Shown here piece by piece: positions 6,580-8,452 of a stretch of DNA of 8,452 bases. The notes beneath the pieces are model-generated. The model had not been told where the DNA came from, did not search any database, and was given only the letters and a program-made list of their open reading frames with translations. The translations under genes were made by a program, and so were the position numbers. The stretch's first letter is position 1. Every line of letters begins with the position of its first letter. Source of the DNA: Candidatus Wukongarchaeum yapensis (GTDB lineage: Archaea; Asgardarchaeota; Wukongarchaeia; Wukongarchaeales; Wukongarchaeaceae); NCBI GenBank assembly GCA_016840425.1, contig JAEOSI010000086.1, positions 1-8,452 on the forward strand. Reading direction: 5' to 3'.

Positions 6580-7644
6580 TCAACACACGCGAGGAATTGG
6601 CTCTCCGATTGGTTTTTCTACAACTCTTTTTCCTCCGACAGAGGTTTCCATGACTACTAAAGGTTTTCCTGATATAGGGGGTTTTACCGTGCCTATAATG
6701 GCTGCATCTTTTCCATATTTGTTCTTTTTTAGGGTATCTAATATTTCTTCTGCTTTTTCTGCTTTGCACCCTATTATGATCTTTCCTTCACATGTTACTT
6801 CCAAGGGGTCTATTCCAAGCATTTCTGCCGCAGCTTTAACCTCTTTTTTAAAAGGTAAAGATTCTTCTCTTATCCAAATGCTCGCTTTAGAACTCTGAGC
6901 TAAATCGTTTAGCGCTGAAGAAACACCACCCCTTGTGGGATCCTTCATGGCGGTTATTTGCCCTAAATTGCGTATTTCTCTTATTAACCCTGATAGAGGT
7001 GCAACATCTGAAACAAGGCTTGTGGTAAACTCTAACCCTTCCCGTGCAGCTAAAAGCGCGACACCATGGTCTCCAATCGTGCCCGATATGATGATAGTGT
7101 CACCTGCTTTGAGGCCGGAATTTCGCACTATTTTTCCTGATTCCACTATGCCAATCCCAGCAGTAGTAAAAACGATCTCATCAAGTTCTCTTCGTGGCAT
7201 TACTTTAGTATCTCCTGTAAGGATCACTATGTCCGCTTCTTCTGTCGTAGCGTTAGCCGAGTCAAGTATACGTTTAAGATCCTTTAGGGGATAGCCTTCC
7301 TCAACGATCACGCTGCAAGCTAAAACTAGGGGTTCAGCCCCCATAACCGCCACATCATTAACTGTCCCAGATACAGCTAAACGCCCTAAATCTCCCCCTG
7401 GAAAAAAGACAGGTTTTACAGTATGACCGTCGATACTTACTACGATTTCAAAATCCCCAACCTGGAAACTACCACCATCCTCTAAAGCTTCTAAACCAAC
7501 ACCTTCTCCCAAAAAAGGAATAGATTTAGAAATCGAACGCTTAACAAAGCTTTCAAGGACAAAATTTTTAATCAAGCTGTCCATAACTTTCCCTCCCGCG
7601 CCATGGGCCAATTCCACAACATCATCATCTTTAATAATCACCAT
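6580..7644 (-). CDS. hypE: Hydrogenase maturation carbamoyl dehydratase HypE (AIR-synthase/PurM-like fold)
   Basis: LAHGAGG, DGHTVKPVFFPGGDLGRLAVSGTVNDVAVMGA, GDTKV, KDPTRGG and the diagnostic C-terminal PRVC-stop. Start moved from GTG 7686 to ATG 7644, which has the SD-like GGCGGTG just upstream; the extra N-terminal residues in the track are a T-rich leader. Confidence 0.96.
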   Translation of the reverse strand: MVIIKDDDVVELAHGAGGKVMDSLIKNFVLESFVKRSISKSIPFLGEGVGLEALEDGGSFQVGDFEIVVSIDGHTVKPVFFPGGDLGRLAVSGTVNDVAVMGAEPLVLACSVIVEEGYPLKDLKRILDSANATTEEADIVILTGDTKVMPRRELDEIVFTTAGIGIVESGKIVRNSGLKAGDTIIISGTIGDHGVALLAAREGLEFTTSLVSDVAPLSGLIREIRNLGQITAMKDPTRGGVSSALNDLAQSSKASIWIREESLPFKKEVKAAAEMLGIDPLEVTCEGKIIIGCKAEKAEEILDTLKKNKYGKDAAIIGTVKPPISGKPLVVMETSVGGKRVVEKPIGEPIPRVC

Positions 7645-7707
7645 TAAAAACACCGCCAAAAACTGGGAAAAACAAAAACCTGGCACAAAAAACTAAAAGA
7701 CAAAAGA

Positions 7708-7745
7708 CAAAACCTTTTAAATAACCTTTCCAATTTTTATAAAAA
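7708..7745. promoter_or_regulatory. Overlapping divergent core promoters: CAAAACC-TTTTAAATA (+, toward rps8e) and palindromic TTTTTATAAAAA (7734-7745, usable toward hypE)
   Basis: BRE-like A-run plus TTTTAAATA at 7715-7723, and a 12-bp palindromic TATA at 7734-7745, between the divergent starts at 7644 and 7809. Confidence 0.45.
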
Positions 7746-7808
7746 AGTTATGAAAACAAGATCAAACGCACATAAACACGTTTAGATATTCTTGAGGTTG
7801 GAGATGAA

Positions 7809-8189
7809 ATGCGATATCAAGGAAGATCGTTAAGAAAAAAATCGGGAGGACGTAAAAGGACGCATAGAACGAAGAGAAAGTCCGAGTTAGGAAGAGAACC
7901 AATAGACACCATAATAGGTCCAGAAAAAAAGAAAAAAGTATGGGGCAGGGGAGGTAACATAAAAATCAACTTAGTGCGTGCAGAATACGCGAACTTAACA
8001 GATCCAAGAACTCATAAAACTGAGCGAATAAAAATATTAGACGTTGAAGATAATCCAGCGGATAAAGATTACGCTCGGAGAAAAATCATAACAAAGGGAG
8101 CTATAGTAAATACGGAGAAAGGGAGGGCAAAGGTGACAAGTAGACCTGGACAAGATGGACAAATAAACGCGGTCTTAATAAAAGAATAA
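7809..8189 (+). CDS. rps8e: 30S ribosomal protein S8e
   Basis: Basic N-terminus RKKSGGR, then [34 protein letters not shown], and C-terminal [16 protein letters not shown]. 126 aa. Confidence 0.98.
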   Translation: MRYQGRSLRKKSGGRKRTHRTKRKSELGREPIDTIIGPEKKKKVWGRGGNIKINLVRAEYANLTDPRTHKTERIKILDVEDNPADKDYARRKIITKGAIVNTEKGRAKVTSRPGQDGQINAVLIKE

Positions 8190-8260
8190 GAAAAAGATAG
8201 AATAAAAAGAGGAAAAAGAAACAGAAATAAAAAAATAATACTTTTATCTTCCTGTTTTGC
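8190..8260. terminator. Convergent terminator region between rps8e and the DUF2284-like gene
   Basis: A long A-rich purine tract on + (U-rich for the minus-strand transcript) is followed by CTTTTATCTTCCTGTTTT on +. Confidence 0.3.
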
Positions 8261-8313
8261 AAAAAATTTCTAGACAAAGGAGAGAGGAGAGATAAAATAG
8301 GGTTCTAATGTTT

Positions 8314-8452
8314 TTAATCTATGAGAACGATCGAGTACCAGTTTTGTTCTTCAGTTTTCTTTTTTAGTGTTTCTATGTAGAATCCTTGTTTTTTGACTGT
8401 TTCAAAGATGTTGATACCTAAGCTTGAAGGTGATGGTCTAGCCTTTTCTGGG
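8314..8452 (-). CDS. C-terminal 45 aa of a probable DUF2284 family (putative metal-binding) protein, truncated by the window edge
   Basis: Manual translation PEKARPSPSSLGINIFETVKKQGFYIETLKKKTEEQNWYSIVLID-stop (TAA 8314-8316) resembles the recalled DUF2284 C-terminus (ARPSxExxGIDVxxTxxxxG...xxVLxD). Not in the ORF track. Confidence 0.65.
   Translation of the reverse strand, partial: PEKARPSPSSLGINIFETVKKQGFYIETLKKKTEEQNWYSIVLID

Noticed and set aside
6509-6769. 86-aa same-strand ORF overlapping the hypE 3' end
   Set aside because: An alternative frame of hypE running into the spacer, with no motif. HypE ends correctly at PRVC-stop, so no frameshift product is needed.
835-7294. Shadow ORFs from the track: 835..1050, 1886..2212, 2984..3496, 3500..3796, 4215..4418, 5217..5501, 5766..5975, 6650..6898, 6935..7294
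   Set aside because: All lie antisense to, and largely or wholly within, longer genes (most of them conserved families), have Ser/Ile/Phe-rich antisense-like composition and show no recognisable motifs.
7645-7686. N-terminal extensions given by the ORF track for HypE (also for CinA-N at 3568-3597 and the prenyl synthase at 4679-4687)
   Set aside because: Downstream ATGs have SD-like motifs and match where the family homology begins. The extensions look like leader sequence.
8190-8313. Possible SRP RNA, tRNA or other ncRNA next to rps8e
   Set aside because: The region is AT- and purine-rich, with no GC-rich stems, SRP helix-8 motif or tRNA T-loop.

Overview
AT-rich archaeal chromosomal segment (rps8e, a GPN-loop GTPase, a proteasome beta subunit and archaeal-style SD/TATA motifs; probably TACK/Asgard-like, but the lineage cannot be fixed from sequence alone). 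It holds eight complete CDSs plus two edge-truncated CDSs missing from the ORF track. In order: partial coiled-coil protein (-), 409-aa hypothetical (+), GPN GTPase (-), CinA-N/COG1058 protein (-), trans-prenyl diphosphate synthase (-), proteasome beta subunit (+), DUF1152 protein (-), HypE (-), S8e (+), partial DUF2284-like protein (-). I see no RNA genes, CRISPR arrays or mobile elements. Most notable: (1) the 409-aa orphan appears to consist of four ~100-aa repeats, each ending in an AAA+-lid/histone-fold-like helix-strand-helix motif, with no ATPase motifs; (2) the proteasome beta gene seems to need a CTG start, has Thr1 replaced by Ala, and has a perfect 16-bp palindrome over its TATA box; (3) the prenyl synthase has a non-canonical GQxxD motif and a small chain-length residue.
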